Assembly: GCF_963921235.1 (NCBI RefSeq)
Contig: NC_086118.1
Location: 23,810,001 to 23,874,000 of the forward strand
Direction: 5' to 3'
From: Mobula hypostoma
Lineage: Eukaryota
DNA length: 64,000 nt
Below, one piece after another: positions 62,788 through 64,000 of this stretch (position 1 is the stretch's first letter; the number at the start of each line of letters is the position of its first letter). The notes under the pieces were generated by a model. That model was not told where the DNA came from. It saw nothing but the letters and a program-made list of their open reading frames with translations, and did no database searches. The position numbers and the translations under genes were made by a program.

Positions 62788-64000
62788 ACCATAAGACAAC
62801 AAGACATAGGAGCAGAATTAGGCCACTCAGCTCATCAGCTGCTCTGCCATTCCATCACAATTGATTTATTATCCCTCTCAACCCCATTCTTCTGCCTTTT
62901 CCCAGTAATCTTTAACATACTTACTAATGAAGAGCCTATCATCCTCTGCTTTAAATGCACCCAATGACTTGCCCTCCACAGCTGCCTGTGGCAATGGGTT
63001 CCACAGATTCATCATCCTCTGTCTAAAGAAATACTTCCTCATCTGTGTTCTAAAGGGGTGTTCTTCTATTCTTTGGCTGTGTCATCTGGTCATAGATTCC
63101 CCACTATAGGAAACATTCTCTCAACATCCACTCCACCTAGGCCTTTTAATATTTGACAGGTTTCAATGAGATCCCACCTCATTCTTCTAACCTCCAACGA
63201 ATACAGGCACAGAGCCATCAAACACTCCTCATATGCTAACTCTTTTCATTTCTGGGATCATGTTTTGTGAACCACCTCTGGACACTCTCCAATGCGAGCA
63301 CATCATTGCTCAGATAAGCAGCCCAAAACAGCGCAACTGTCTCTGAGCAATGTCTTGTAAAGCTTCACCATTACATCCTTGCTTTTATATTCTAGTACTC
63401 TCGAGATGAATACCAACATGGTATTTGCCTTTCTTACCACTGACTCAACCTGCAAGTTAAGCATTTGGGAATCCTCCATGTGGAGGATCTTGATTAGTAA
63501 TGGCGTCAAAGGTTACAGGGAGAAGGCAGGAGGATTCTTTTGAGAGGATGAATAAATCAACCGCGAATGAATGATGGAGCAGACTTATTGAGCTGAATGG
63601 CCTAACTCTGTTCCTAGATTTTATGACCTTTTGTTCGTATGACCTTATGAAAATTCAAATAAACAACATCCACTGATTCTCCTTTGTCTATTCTGTCTGG
63701 TGTCTCCTCAAAGAATTCCAACAGACTTTTTCAGGTAAGATTTCCCCTTAAGAAAGCCATGCTAACTTCAGCTTATTTTATCATATGCCTCCAAGTCCTT
63801 TGAACCTTATCGTTAATAATGGATTCCAACGTCTTATCAACCACTGAAGTCAGGCTAACTGGCCTATAATTTCCTGTCTTTTGGCTTCGTCCCTTCTTAC
63901 AGAGTAGGGAGACATCTGCAATTCTGCAGTCCTCTAGTGATTCTTGAAAGATCATTACTAATGCTTCTACAATCTCTTCAACTCCAACTCCATCAGTTGC
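62788..64000 (-). mobile_element. CR1-type LINE fragments (3' end and RT), with an opposite-strand CR1 tail at ~63485-63630
   Basis: ORFs 63303-63509 (QVESVVRKANTML..LEYKSKDVM) and 63773-63955 (KTGNYRPVSLTSVVDK); reverse tail CATAAGACAACAAGACATAGGAGCAGAATTAGG. Confidence 0.9.

Overview
Eukaryotic (vertebrate) non-coding DNA, most likely from a cartilaginous fish such as a ray. This is inferred from the repeat repertoire (HER1/CR1-type LINEs, HE1-like V-SINEs, Deu-domain SINEs, Rex1/Babar LINEs, Penelope-like elements) and not from any marker gene. I find no intact, recognisable host protein-coding gene; nearly every ORF with a recognisable motif is a decayed transposon fragment. Main contents: three decayed Ty3/Gypsy LTR elements (one with a chromodomain and a nested Tigger deletion derivative), a long CR1 LINE at about 16.5-20.4 kb, many CR1, Rex1/Babar, RTE and Tx1 fragments, tRNA-derived SINEs, and several Penelope-like termini carrying minimal hammerhead ribozyme motifs. 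The most striking structure is a TSD-flanked fold-back of about 900 bp (34038-34946), made of two inverted Penelope termini with a hammerhead motif on each strand. AT-rich unique blocks between the repeats look like intronic or gene-desert DNA. They contain a few candidate small exons and two fossil coding stretches. Boundaries were read by eye and are approximate unless a TSD is quoted.
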